Origin: a virus | Length of the DNA stretch: 64,000 bases | Direction: 5' to 3' (one strand) | Virus record (IMG/VR): IMGVR_UViG_3300042923_001459 | Coordinates: 44,592-108,591 of that record | In this document: piece by piece, positions 40,072-49,840 of the stretch | How positions within the stretch are numbered: position 1 is the first letter of the stretch | Layout: each line of letters opens with the position of its first letter | Notes under the pieces: model-generated | The model's input: the letters and a program-made list of their open reading frames with translations, nothing else | The model's database searches: none | What the model was told of the DNA's origin: nothing | Translations under genes and position numbers: made by a program

Positions 40072-40281
40072 TTAAAATGCTGTTGCTTCGATATCTTTAC
40101 GGTGACTATCATAAACTCCCATATCTTTTAATGCTGTCTCCTTGATGTCCTTGCCTTGTTCTTCGCAACGAGTAATGAATTGCTCATAATCTTCGTTGTC
40201 CCAACATTCTACCATACCGTCTCCACCGTTATTGTAATTATCCAGTGCTAGTTGCTTAAGCATTTTGATTTTTTCTTCCAT
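40072..40281 (-). CDS. Cassette hypothetical protein
   Basis: Own promoter + RBS + terminator. Confidence 0.7.
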   Translation of the reverse strand: MEEKIKMLKQLALDNYNNGGDGMVECWDNEDYEQFITRCEEQGKDIKETALKDMGVYDSHRKDIEATAF

Positions 40282-40363
40282 TTGAATTCCTCCAGTGTTT
40301 GTGTGTTTGTATTACCTTATAGATTAATTATATCACAAACACTGGAGTATGTAAACTGTTTTT

Positions 40364-40834
40364 TTAAACTACTTGTTGTAATTCTTCCTGCGTCTCTTCT
40401 TTTGGAAGAGCAAAAGCGTTTCTGTTCTCATCGAACTCAAGTGAATCAAGTCTTCTGATGTTGTTTCCACTGTCGTCAAGTAATCCAATGCAGCGTTCCA
40501 ATGCATGTGAGTAACACCAAGTCTGAGCAATTTTATGTTCTTCCTCAGAGAGAGGATAGAGACTACTCAACCTACAAAAGCGGTTTTCCTCTAAAACCTC
40601 ACCAGAGATGTCGTAATAACGATCATCAATTTTCGTTACCACGTGGGCGCCGAAGAGAGGCGTTGAAAGAATCTCTCCTTCTGGGAAGACAAATTGAAGA
40701 GTCCTTGCAAACATGTAACAATTACCACGAGAGTAGACTTGCTCTAAGACCTGGTGAGCATCATGACCATTTCCATTTTTGTGTCCTTTGATAAGACCGA
40801 TAAAGAACATTACTCGTTGGTGTGTAGTTTGCAT
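40364..40834 (-). CDS. Putative Cys-His-Asp (papain/transglutaminase-like) protein
   Basis: YSRGNCYMFA, HVVTKIDDRYYDISG. Confidence 0.5.
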   Translation of the reverse strand: MQTTHQRVMFFIGLIKGHKNGNGHDAHQVLEQVYSRGNCYMFARTLQFVFPEGEILSTPLFGAHVVTKIDDRYYDISGEVLEENRFCRLSSLYPLSEEEHKIAQTWCYSHALERCIGLLDDSGNNIRRLDSLEFDENRNAFALPKEETQEELQQVV

Positions 40835-40937
40835 TGAATCCAGCTCCTCTACGTTTTGTATTACCTTATAGATTAATTATATCACAGCTTGTACAATTTG
40901 TAAACTGTTTTTTTAAAAAGAGAGGATTTCCTCTCCT

Positions 40938-41174
40938 TTAATGTTTGTCCCAAAGTAACAATACCGTCTTGGCAATGGTTACCGCATCTGGGTTACGAGT
41001 TACCTCGTGTGGTTCATTCTCATCAGACCATTCATAATATACCACATCATCTTTTACCGTTAACCAGAGGGGCACATGGAAAATGTTCTTTCTTTCTTCC
41101 GGAGTTAGGATGCTTTCAATCATGAATTTCATAAGTGACTTAGCCATGGATTTGTTATCTACTTCAATTTGCAT
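40938..41174 (-). CDS. Cassette hypothetical protein
   Basis: Own promoter + RBS. Confidence 0.7.
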   Translation of the reverse strand: MQIEVDNKSMAKSLMKFMIESILTPEERKNIFHVPLWLTVKDDVVYYEWSDENEPHEVTRNPDAVTIAKTVLLLWDKH

Positions 41175-41288
41175 TTTGTTTCCTCCTTCGTTATTACCTT
41201 ATAAGATAATTATACCACGTTCTTACGTATTTGTAAACTGTTTTTTAACATCAAAAAAGGAGAACCTTTTGGGTTCTCCTTTTAAAGA

Positions 41289-41690
41289 TTAGATTACTTC
41301 TGGTGTTTGTGCAAGGACTGGAAATTGTGGAACATATAATTCAATATCCACTTCATCCAAACCAACCAGTGTGCCTTGTGGTGTCCCCGACTTAGGATTA
41401 AAGAGTTGAGCCTTGAAAGCATTTTTCTTTGCCGAAGGCTTAACAATTAATGCCTGGCGTCCAGTTGCCCATCCGGATTTTACAATTACCAAATCATTTT
41501 CATTGAAAGCCGGAGTTTCATTTTCAAACCATTTTCCACCTTTTGCTTTTGGTTGGGAATTCATTTCATCAATCCTTTCATTGATTTGATCTATCAGGAT
41601 TGCTGCCTTAATTCCATTAACCTTGAGTTCAAATAACTTACCAATTTCTTTAAGAACATTGTAATTAGTTTCGATGGATACGTTTTTCAT
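41289..41690 (-). CDS. Rho-N-like + KOW protein, paralog 2
   Basis: Clear homolog of 35209..35604. Confidence 0.6.
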   Translation of the reverse strand: MKNVSIETNYNVLKEIGKLFELKVNGIKAAILIDQINERIDEMNSQPKAKGGKWFENETPAFNENDLVIVKSGWATGRQALIVKPSAKKNAFKAQLFNPKSGTPQGTLVGLDEVDIELYVPQFPVLAQTPEVI

Positions 41691-41790
41691 TTGAATTCCT
41701 CCAATGTTTTTTTAAATTTGTTTTCCTTACCTTATAGATTAATTATATCACATTTCTTAGTACTTGTAAACTGTTTTTTTAAAATCTTTT

Positions 41791-41868
41791 TTAACGACTT
41801 ATTATTAAGTAGATAATGAATGCTACGAATTCAGGAGTAAAATTAATACTCATTTGATATTTTTTCAT
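41791..41868 (-). CDS. Small hydrophobic peptide (25 aa)
   Basis: MKKYQMSINFTPEFVAFIIYLIISR, own promoter and GGAGG. Confidence 0.45.
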   Translation of the reverse strand: MKKYQMSINFTPEFVAFIIYLIISR

Positions 41869-41943
41869 TTAGCATTCCTCCTTATAGATTAATTATATCA
41901 CAATCTTATGAGTATGTAAACTGTTTTTTAAAGAGGAGAGGAG

Positions 41944-42147
41944 TTAATCCTCCTCCTCTATCCTGACCTCCATGGTGTCAATTACTTGCATTCCTTTATA
42001 TACTATAATCGTTCCTTTTGTGTTACACGTCGTGCAATTCTCGCGATACGTACCACACCATTCATCCGGAACTTCTCTTTCTCCATCGCCATGACAATCA
42101 TCACAAACTATTTCTTTCAATTTCTTCTTAACTTTTAAACTATTCAT
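41944..42147 (-). CDS. DnaJ-type CxxCxGxG zinc-finger small protein
   Basis: CDDCHGDG ... CTTCNTKG. Confidence 0.65.
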   Translation of the reverse strand: MNSLKVKKKLKEIVCDDCHGDGEREVPDEWCGTYRENCTTCNTKGTIIVYKGMQVIDTMEVRIEEED

Positions 42148-42247
42148 TTCATTCTCCCCTTCCGTATTACCTTATAGATTAATTATATCACAGACTATTA
42201 TGTTTGTAAACTGTTTTTTAACAAAAAAATAGAGACCCAAAGGTCTC

Positions 42248-42478
42248 TTAACTGCGAAGATAAGCTACATCATCCTTGAAAAATTTCTCTCTTGCCTGAC
42301 CGACTGTCATCCCAACAAACTGAGATTGATTGTGGTGGTAACTCTTTTCATCTGTGTAGAATGAGAACAGTTTTTCCTTGCCACTTGCAGTGATAGCATG
42401 TACCGCGTATTGAGCAACATTTCCTGCCCATTTGAATGTGGGTTCAAACTCAACCGATTGAATAATTTCATTTTCCAA
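42248..42478 (-). CDS. Cassette hypothetical protein
   Basis: Own promoter + RBS. Confidence 0.7.
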   Translation of the reverse strand: MENEIIQSVEFEPTFKWAGNVAQYAVHAITASGKEKLFSFYTDEKSYHHNQSQFVGMTVGQAREKFFKDDVAYLRS

Positions 42479-42582
42479 GTGAATCCCTCCAGCATTTTTT
42501 AATTTGTATTACCTTATAGATATATTATATCACATGGAATAGTATTTGTAAACTGTTTTTTTAACATGAAAAAACCCCTCCG

Positions 42583-42849
42583 TTAGGAGAGGTTCTCTAC
42601 TACAACTATGGTTTTGCCTTCCTTCTTAGCAAGATCAACCCCGCGCCAAATAAAGAAGTCTTCCTTGACATCAGCGTAATATGCTGCATCGTTAGCGGTT
42701 AACCATTCTCTCAACTTAGCTCCTTCCTCCTTGTATGTTGGGTTGTTCCAAGAACGTACCGGAAACAATACTTCAATGAGTCTACAAATGTTAACTACTT
42801 TAACACCATCAATTTCTTCCATAACCGGAACATTTCCAATCATTTTCAT
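42583..42849 (-). CDS. Cassette hypothetical protein
   Basis: Own promoter + RBS. Confidence 0.7.
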   Translation of the reverse strand: MKMIGNVPVMEEIDGVKVVNICRLIEVLFPVRSWNNPTYKEEGAKLREWLTANDAAYYADVKEDFFIWRGVDLAKKEGKTIVVVENLS

Positions 42850-42949
42850 TCCTCCAGTGTTTTTAATTTGTATTACCTTATAGATTAATTATATCACATG
42901 GAGTAGTATTTGTAAACTGTTTTTAAATAAAAAAGAGAGATTTCTCTCT

Positions 42950-43333
42950 CTATCGAGCGGATATTTCAAATACCGGTTGTTTGGAACAAGCATTAAATAC
43001 TGCTTCAAACGGTCCGTCGTCTTCATTATTCAAATTCTCAGGAGTTATCTTGGTCCAAATACGAACGTTGTAAATCGTTTCCATTTCTCCAGCTGCATGG
43101 CCTAATCTTGGTTGTTCTGAAGAACTAAACTCAACACGATTGATAGATACTGTTTTTGGGAAATACAGCTTATTGTTTGACATAAAGTCAACCGGATGAA
43201 GTGTTAAAAAACCAATAATGGAAGCATCAGCTCTACCGAATTTCTTAATTAGTTCTTCGTTGTTAATGAGCTTGATTTGCTTTTCAATTCGTTGAAATTC
43301 TTCTACAGTTGTAGCTGTAATCTTAATTGCCAT
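42950..43333 (-). CDS. Cassette hypothetical protein
   Basis: Own promoter + RBS. Confidence 0.7.
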   Translation of the reverse strand: MAIKITATTVEEFQRIEKQIKLINNEELIKKFGRADASIIGFLTLHPVDFMSNNKLYFPKTVSINRVEFSSSEQPRLGHAAGEMETIYNVRIWTKITPENLNNEDDGPFEAVFNACSKQPVFEISAR

Positions 43334-43409
43334 CGTATCTCCTCCAAAGTTTTTTGTATTACCTTATAGATTAATTATATCGTGTATAATGGCCTTTGTA
43401 AACTGTTTT

Positions 43410-44162
43410 TTAAGCTCCTCTTACAAGAGCTTTCTTTACTAAACTTGCTTCAATGTATTGTTCAACATAGAATTCATATCCAATCTCTTTGAGCGCACCC
43501 AAACAACGCTTGTTAATTACAATATCTGCGTTTACATCATTAGGATTGATCTCTACAATTGTCCCAACATGCGGACCTTCCGTTACTGTGATGTAAATCA
43601 TTTCACCTTCGCGTGACTCAAACTTCTCAAGTACATATTTTTGATAATCACCTTGGAAATGCATAATTTCTTTCTGAATTACCAGAGATTGCTTGTTAAG
43701 CTCTTCAATCGGTTGTTCTAACCTAACTGTGTCGTTGCTTTTTTTGTTGTACTTACGAAACATTTCGAAATCCGCAAGGTATGGTACAAAACTTACGCGT
43801 CCATAAAATGTTGTGATGATGATTGTATCTTTCTTGCCTTTTGTTTCGAACGTAAATAGAATGTCATCATCAATAACACCAATGCATTGCTTGTAATATA
43901 ACTTGACACGACGTTGTGCGTGAGCAACACTGATAGTTTCTGCCAATCTGCTTATGTCATTGATGACAGGGCCGACCCTGGTGTTCCAACGAGGGAATGC
44001 ATGATTAACGATTTGAAATTTTAGTGTTGGCTCCATGCTAGATAATTGTAAGTCTCTCATGTTGCGATTGCGCATGTAATCCCTGATGTCCTCTATGTTG
44101 CTTGAAGTATGATTGCGTAAACTGAAGTACTGCGTGATTTCGATAGGTTTAGTGTGTCCCAT
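43410..44162 (-). CDS. Hypothetical protein
   Basis: 250 aa, variant promoter upstream. Confidence 0.75.
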   Translation of the reverse strand: MGHTKPIEITQYFSLRNHTSSNIEDIRDYMRNRNMRDLQLSSMEPTLKFQIVNHAFPRWNTRVGPVINDISRLAETISVAHAQRRVKLYYKQCIGVIDDDILFTFETKGKKDTIIITTFYGRVSFVPYLADFEMFRKYNKKSNDTVRLEQPIEELNKQSLVIQKEIMHFQGDYQKYVLEKFESREGEMIYITVTEGPHVGTIVEINPNDVNADIVINKRCLGALKEIGYEFYVEQYIEASLVKKALVRGA

Positions 44163-44250
44163 GTCATCCGGTACTCTCCCTTCGTCATTTTATTGTTATA
44201 ACATTATTATATCAAGTTTGTCTCATTATGTAAACATTTTTTAAAAATTA

Positions 44251-44454
44251 TTATGAAGCCTTCCGTGTTAAGACAACCACAACTTGTACACTGGAGCAAC
44301 CTCTTGCTTCATACTTGGTTTTAAGTTGTTCCTTTGCTTGACGGTTTGCATCGAATTCGTCTGTTGCAGCTTCTACATATTCAGTTGGTTTTGATTTGAG
44401 ATTTGAGACCCCGTCAAATGCTTCTAAATTACAATGGCAAACGTATGAATCCAT
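44251..44454 (-). CDS. Cassette hypothetical protein
   Basis: Own promoter + RBS. Confidence 0.65.
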   Translation of the reverse strand: MDSYVCHCNLEAFDGVSNLKSKPTEYVEAATDEFDANRQAKEQLKTKYEARGCSSVQVVVVLTRKAS

Positions 44455-44559
44455 ATAATTCCCTCCAATGAGTTAGTTTAACTTGTATTACCTTATATAT
44501 TTATTATATCATGATTTCTTCCTCTTGTAAACTGTTTTTAAAAACAAAAAAAGGGGAGC

Positions 44560-44715
44560 CTATTGGCTCCACCTAGTTTTGAGAATGTAAACCATAGTTT
44601 TGAAACGTTTTTTAAAAGTTGCTTTCTTTTCAGCCTTGAAAACAACTTCAACGTTTTTAGGAGCTGCCACCACATATGGTTTACCGTCTTTCATTCCAAT
44701 CACTACTTGTTTCAT
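44560..44715 (-). CDS. Small basic protein
   Basis: Start MKQVV after GGAGGG; variant promoter. Confidence 0.6.
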   Translation of the reverse strand: MKQVVIGMKDGKPYVVAAPKNVEVVFKAEKKATFKKRFKTMVYILKTRWSQ

Positions 44716-44826
44716 CGAATCCCTCCAATGAGTTGTTTTTTGTTTTCCTTTATAGTTTATTATATTCACATTTTGTTAGGGTTAGAACTAAAACTTTTAA
44801 AGGAAGTTGACAGAAAAAAAGGGAGC

Positions 44827-45078
44827 TTACGCCCCCACCTTTTTCTTTTGCTTGTCCTTTTTCAAGAGATTCTTGGCTAATAAAATGCCAGTACCACCAA
44901 CACCAAAGGCGAGCATTGCTGGTCCTATAATACCTAAGGCTGTAACGATAATTGCTGGAGCAATGATTGCAGTGACTGCGAGTGCACCACCAGCTATTAT
45001 TGTGTATCCAGCTTTGTCACTAGCTTCAGGTCTTCCAGAAATCTCTCTAATTATTTCAAGCTTTTCATTGTTTGTCAT
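44827..45078 (-). CDS. Small membrane protein (two TM segments)
   Basis: Long Gly/Ala hydrophobic stretch, basic tail. Confidence 0.7.
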   Translation of the reverse strand: MTNNEKLEIIREISGRPEASDKAGYTIIAGGALAVTAIIAPAIIVTALGIIGPAMLAFGVGGTGILLAKNLLKKDKQKKKVGA

Positions 45079-45171
45079 TTATAAATCCCTCCAATTTTTG
45101 TTTTCCTTTATAGTTTATTATATTCACATGCTAGTAGTAATAGAACCAAAACTTTACAAAAAAAACCTCCC

Positions 45172-45486
45172 CTATTCAGGGAGGGTAATTTCTCCATTTG
45201 CGATTTTGCAAAGTTGTCCAGCGTATTTTTGGATTTTCTTTGCTGCAATGGTATATTGCTTTGGAGTGAGAGTTTTTCCACGGTTGATTTGTTCTGCAAA
45301 TGAAGTCATGATGCCTGCATCTGCACCATTGAATCCAACTCCATTGTGATGTCTGGTATCTCCAATGCGCTTCTCGTCTTCCGTTTGGAACTTCCAAATA
45401 GAAACTATTGCTCTTTGTACTGCATTCACGTTGTTTGCCAGTAGAGATTTGATTTCATCTTTGTCCCAAACTTTTGTTTGCTCCAT
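45172..45486 (-). CDS. Conserved-looking phage hypothetical protein
   Basis: QTEDE..T..HNGVGFNGADA..TSFA...LTPKQ..KYAGQL. Confidence 0.75.
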   Translation of the reverse strand: MEQTKVWDKDEIKSLLANNVNAVQRAIVSIWKFQTEDEKRIGDTRHHNGVGFNGADAGIMTSFAEQINRGKTLTPKQYTIAAKKIQKYAGQLCKIANGEITLPE

Positions 45487-45583
45487 TTTAATTCCTCCAA
45501 TGTGTAATTAATTTGTATTACCTTATAGATTAATTATATCACAATTGGTAGTGTTTGTAAACTGTTTTTTAACAAAAGAAGGA

Positions 45584-45793
45584 TTACTCCTCCTCTTGTG
45601 GTTCGCTCCATTTTTCAGCACATTCATTTCTTTCTGCTTTGTTTTCAAATTGAGCAATTACTACAAATGTTGCTCCTTCTTCTCTAGCAACTATCCAATC
45701 CATGCCTATACCTTCAATTATCTTATCGCCGTATGAATCTCGACCAAAGTAACCTTCGCAAAATCCGTATAGTTTCATACCAGTTTTTAACAT
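45584..45793 (-). CDS. Cassette hypothetical phage protein
   Basis: LYGFCEGYFGRDSYGDK.IE..G.DWIVARE. Confidence 0.75.
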   Translation of the reverse strand: MLKTGMKLYGFCEGYFGRDSYGDKIIEGIGMDWIVAREEGATFVVIAQFENKAERNECAEKWSEPQEEE

Positions 45794-45906
45794 TTTGTTT
45801 CCTCCTTTGTATTTGTATTACCTTATAGATTAATTATATCACAATTGTTGAAGCGTGTAAACTGTTTTTTAAAACAAAAGGGAGATTTTACTCTCCCTCT
45901 AATCAA

Positions 45907-46116
45907 TTACCAAAGCCTTTGTTTGTCTTTTGCTGCTTCCTCTGCCGAAATCTCGATTGCATCGTATCCCTCGATATTGCGAATCTTCTCGATGGTTGCC
46001 ATACCTTGGATGTAACTTGTATTGCTTTCATCATCGGCTGGAACATCGAAGCTGTAGTTGCGTTGACCATTAACCATAATGTCAAAGTACCTATATTTGC
46101 GCTTTGTTGTTTCCAT
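45907..46116 (-). CDS. Cassette hypothetical protein
   Basis: Own promoter + RBS. Confidence 0.7.
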   Translation of the reverse strand: METTKRKYRYFDIMVNGQRNYSFDVPADDESNTSYIQGMATIEKIRNIEGYDAIEISAEEAAKDKQRLW

Positions 46117-46215
46117 TTTGTTGCCTCCTTTGTATTTGTATTACCTTATAGAATAATTATATCACAGACTACTATTTTTGTAAACTGTTTTTTAATTGAT
46201 CTCTAGTGTCGCTGA

Positions 46216-46336
46216 GTGAATCAAGTTCTACGCGGTAATATATATCCTTTACTCTGTTTCTCTGAAAGGATAAAGGATATATCCATCCTTAGGATTCCTG
46301 TATATCTCTGGGTTCACCGTGTCATCTCTGTGAACA
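46216..46336. repeat. Second repeat family, double copy with inverted core
   Basis: GTGAATCAAGTTCT-acgc-GGTAATATATATCCTTTAC then GGATAAAGGATATAT. Confidence 0.6.
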
Positions 46337-46390
46337 TCGTGATATAATAATGATATAACCTATTATCCCGAGACATAAAAAAAGATGGGA

Positions 46391-46711
46391 TTATGCTCCC
46401 ATCTGTACCTCAGTCCAACCAGAGCCTGCGCATAGATACTTAATACCATCGATTTCTACAATATCTCCAACCGACATTGATGTGTGATCTGCTCCATTGC
46501 GATTAAATCCAAGCTCCGGGTCATTTGGTTGAAATCCTTCATGCACCCAATTGAAGAGTTCAAAGTAAGCTTCAAGCATGCTTTCATTGGAATGATTAGG
46601 TGGCTTGCTAACCGAAGTTTCAAAGACCAATGCATAATCATTCATAGTTAATGCTTTTTTAAACATTTGCTTTTTGTAATAAATCTTTACTTGTTTCTTT
46701 TGAAATTCCAT
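46391..46711 (-). CDS. YodL-like domain protein
   Basis: LE.YFELFN...HTSMSVGDIVEIDG..YLCAGSGW. Confidence 0.7.
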   Translation of the reverse strand: MEFQKKQVKIYYKKQMFKKALTMNDYALVFETSVSKPPNHSNESMLEAYFELFNWVHEGFQPNDPELGFNRNGADHTSMSVGDIVEIDGIKYLCAGSGWTEVQMGA

Positions 46712-46812
46712 TTGAATTCCTCCAGTGTGTTTTTAATTTGTATTACCTTATAGATTAATTATATCACAACTGTTAGAGTATGTAAACTGTTTTTTAACAA
46801 AAAAGGAGGGGG

Positions 46813-47064
46813 TTAACCCTCCATGACCTCCACGAAAATTCGTTTCTCTTCTACTGCTTCATCCAAAAACCATAATCCACGGTGAGCGCTTTTACCAAAC
46901 TCCAATAACTCATGTTCATCTGGATTGTCAATATAAACCTTATATTCAGGGCCGATTGGAGTATTTGTAATACCAAGTATTTTCAATGTCTGGATTTGAT
47001 TTATTGGTTTACCAGTATTGTCTGTCACTTTAAGTCTTTGACCCGGTTTAAACATAGTTTCCAT
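46813..47064 (-). CDS. Cassette hypothetical protein (SH3-like)
   Basis: FKPGQRLKV start. Confidence 0.65.
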   Translation of the reverse strand: METMFKPGQRLKVTDNTGKPINQIQTLKILGITNTPIGPEYKVYIDNPDEHELLEFGKSAHRGLWFLDEAVEEKRIFVEVMEG

Positions 47065-47146
47065 TTTTGTTTCCTCCTTTGTGATTACCTTATAGATATA
47101 TTATAACACACAAAGAAGCCGTTGTAAACGGCTTTTTAAAAACATA

Positions 47147-47536
47147 TTACCACTTTTCTACATACCATCCATGATGAATCTCAGCAGTCGTATCGTCAAT
47201 TACTTTAATGCGGATTTCTGGAGCTCCATACCCGTAACTGTCTTCCCATTCTTGGGCCCAACTGTTACCTCTGTACAACTGCTTCACTCGACCCTTCTTA
47301 AAGGTATCATCCTTCTTCCGCTCAAGTGTTGCCATAATAGCCTTCCAGTCATCGTCAGGGCTTAAACAAGCCGCTAACCCAACCATGTCTTCAAAGATTG
47401 AATCGTCTGTAGCATTTTCACTGCGTTCTTCCTTGATTAATTCTTGTACCCAAGGCTCCATAGCCTCGAGGTCACCTACGATTTTCAGTTCTACACCTTT
47501 TGAATTTAGTTCTGAATGAAGTACGATAATTGCCAT
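47147..47536 (-). CDS. Hypothetical protein
   Basis: GGAGG RBS. Confidence 0.7.
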   Translation of the reverse strand: MAIIVLHSELNSKGVELKIVGDLEAMEPWVQELIKEERSENATDDSIFEDMVGLAACLSPDDDWKAIMATLERKKDDTFKKGRVKQLYRGNSWAQEWEDSYGYGAPEIRIKVIDDTTAEIHHGWYVEKW

Positions 47537-47548
47537 AATTACTTCCTC

Positions 47549-47704
47549 CTATACTTTGATATCAATGTGTTTACCCTTTTGATTGTTCTTGTTTGCATTA
47601 TTGACCAAACGTTCTACTTGCTCGACAGGTTTGATAAGAGGTGTTTTCTTTTGTTGCTCGTACAATTCTCTAGCAGAGTCATTTCTATACACCGGTTGTA
47701 TCAT
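47549..47704 (-). CDS. Small protein (51 aa) ending GKHIDIKV (YjfB-like C-terminus)
   Basis: Manual translation, GGGAG RBS. Confidence 0.5.
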   Translation of the reverse strand: MIQPVYRNDSARELYEQQKKTPLIKPVEQVERLVNNANKNNQKGKHIDIKV

Positions 47705-47862
47705 TTCATCAGCTCCCTGAGATTGTTATTTAAGCACTAGTTTTATCCACTGAGCACACTTAATATGCTTTATGTAAATTTACTTATTTGGAACCACGAA
47801 GCATCGCAGAGATGAGGAAGGTACCCATCAATAAGACGGGTATCCCTATCCAAAGTATGGTG

Positions 47863-48177
47863 CTAATCATTGTCTACCTCGAGAATTTGAGTGATTTTGA
47901 AACCATCTAATTGATCGTAGAGGATAACTGCTTCTCTACCAACCTTCAATTCTGAACCTGGAGTTATGTATCCAATGTAGTAATAATCAGACTCATCGTT
48001 TATCTTGCTCTTCAGTTTAACGTAGTCACCGGAGAACCCTTCAACCGTAAAGAAGGTATATGCATATTCTCTTCCATCTACCGGGATTGTAGCGATTTCA
48101 CAATCACAAGCTTGTGCAATGCCACTTCCAATTAATAGAGTTCCTGCAATAAGTAATGTTGAGATTATTTTTTTCAT
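47863..48177 (-). CDS. Secreted hypothetical protein
   Basis: Signal peptide MKKIISTLLIAGTLLIGSGIAQA. Confidence 0.7.
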   Translation of the reverse strand: MKKIISTLLIAGTLLIGSGIAQACDCEIATIPVDGREYAYTFFTVEGFSGDYVKLKSKINDESDYYYIGYITPGSELKVGREAVILYDQLDGFKITQILEVDND

Positions 48178-48278
48178 TTGATTGCCTCCAATGTATGTTT
48201 GATTACCTTATAGAATAATTATATCACAACTTGTACCACTTGTAAATTGTTTTTTAAAGAGAAGGTGTTACCCTTCTC

Positions 48279-48602
48279 TTACGCGAGAACTCCAACCTTA
48301 CCTTTAAGCATTTGTAGTTTTTTGGTTAGTTCAACAAACTCTTCCTTATTGTGTTCATCCAATGCAATGTCAATCAAATTCAAGATTGCACCTTCATCAA
48401 TGAGAAGGTTATCTTCTACTTTTTTCATTTGAGAAAATCTAAAACGACTAGTTAGACCAATAAGATTAGCATCGTCGGAATTTGCAATGTATATGTCCGC
48501 ACCATTTGCTTTCACACATTCCACCCAACCTTGGAACATTGCGCCTTCACTAGTTTTTCCGCTAACCCAATCTTCTTTTTCGAATGTTGTGTCAATTGTC
48601 AT
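48279..48602 (-). CDS. IDEAL-domain protein
   Basis: C-terminal LIDIALDEHNKEEFVELTKKL. Confidence 0.75.
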   Translation of the reverse strand: MTIDTTFEKEDWVSGKTSEGAMFQGWVECVKANGADIYIANSDDANLIGLTSRFRFSQMKKVEDNLLIDEGAILNLIDIALDEHNKEEFVELTKKLQMLKGKVGVLA

Positions 48603-48707
48603 CGTTTTGTTCCTCCTTGTTTTGTATTACCTTATATATATATTATACCACATCCATCTGAGTTTGTAAACTGTTTTTTTTAGATTGTTTTTCACAAAAA
48701 AAAGAGC

Positions 48708-49094
48708 TTACCCCATTGAAGGAGTAAACTCTTTGAAGTTAAGATTGAATACCTGGGATTGAGCTTCCTTAATCGTTCCTTGGAGGTTTCTGAATAAGTT
48801 TCTAACCCTGTAATTTTTACCAATGCGTTTGTAAATGAAACCGTGTTTTGTTTTCCAGCGGATGATTGTCCGCACCGCATCGGCACCATTATCTCTTACG
48901 TGGTTTGTTCTCATATCCAGAGAGGAGAAAATAATGATGTCCACCGATTTGTTCTTGGTTGAGATTCTGTAAATGCGTTCCCAGCTTTCATTTCCTTCCT
49001 CCAACCAAGCTTCCGTGATATCCTCCATCCAACCAAGTCCCATATTACGAAGTTCGTATTCAAATTGCTTTTTGCAAAATTGGTAATATTCCAT
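48708..49094 (-). CDS. Cassette hypothetical protein
   Basis: IFSSLD.RT...RDNGADAVR. Confidence 0.75.
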   Translation of the reverse strand: MEYYQFCKKQFEYELRNMGLGWMEDITEAWLEEGNESWERIYRISTKNKSVDIIIFSSLDMRTNHVRDNGADAVRTIIRWKTKHGFIYKRIGKNYRVRNLFRNLQGTIKEAQSQVFNLNFKEFTPSMG

Positions 49095-49185
49095 TGTTTA
49101 ATTCCTCCAATGTTTTTTAATTTGTATTACCTTATAGAATAATTATATCACATACTACTATGTTTGTAAACTGTTTTTTATAAGT

Positions 49186-49419
49186 TTATGCTTTTCTATT
49201 CACGAGGTCTACACTTTCCGGTGTAATACCAATAACGCTTGTGATTTGATCACAATTGATTGTACCGACAGAACCATCAGTGTCGATGTAATATCCATCT
49301 TCGGTTTTATCAACAATTAAACTTAACACGGGTAGCCAGCTTCTATCATAGGGTTGCCAAATGATTACATGCCCTTGTTGAAGATTTTCAATGTTCTGTT
49401 CTTTACTCATACCTACCAA
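49186..49419 (-). CDS. Cassette hypothetical protein
   Basis: Own promoter + RBS. Confidence 0.65.
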   Translation of the reverse strand: MVGMSKEQNIENLQQGHVIIWQPYDRSWLPVLSLIVDKTEDGYYIDTDGSVGTINCDQITSVIGITPESVDLVNRKA

Positions 49420-49510
49420 CCTCCAGTGTTTAATTTGTATTACCTTATAGAATAATTATATCACACATTGGAGTAGTTGTAAACTGTTTTTTTACAAAAA
49501 AAAGCCCTCC

Positions 49511-49741
49511 TTAGTAGGAGAGCTCCATTTCCTTATTGATTGCTTGACGTAACTTGTGGTCCTCTAATCTCATCTTATTCGCAAGGTGTCTAGGGTTATT
49601 ATTGATGAAGTGGAATTGTTTCTTGAGCTTCTTAGAGGCTCTAAATTCTATCCAAAGGCTGCCATATTGATTTGCCCCAAAGATTACCCCAAATCCCATC
49701 ACCATTAGTTTAAGCAATTTGTAGTTTCCCTTTGTCTTCAT
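49511..49741 (-). CDS. Cassette hypothetical protein
   Basis: Own promoter + RBS. Confidence 0.65.
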   Translation of the reverse strand: MKTKGNYKLLKLMVMGFGVIFGANQYGSLWIEFRASKKLKKQFHFINNNPRHLANKMRLEDHKLRQAINKEMELSY

Positions 49742-49840
49742 TTTCCATTTCCCCTTTCGTTATTACCTTATGAATTAATTATATCACAAATAGAAGGGTT
49801 TGTAAACTGTTTTTTAAAAAGAAAAGGCTAGGGTTTTCCC

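Noticed and set aside
47716-47862. Possible riboswitch or ncRNA between 47704 and 47863
   Set aside because: Only one modest hairpin and no recognisable family motif
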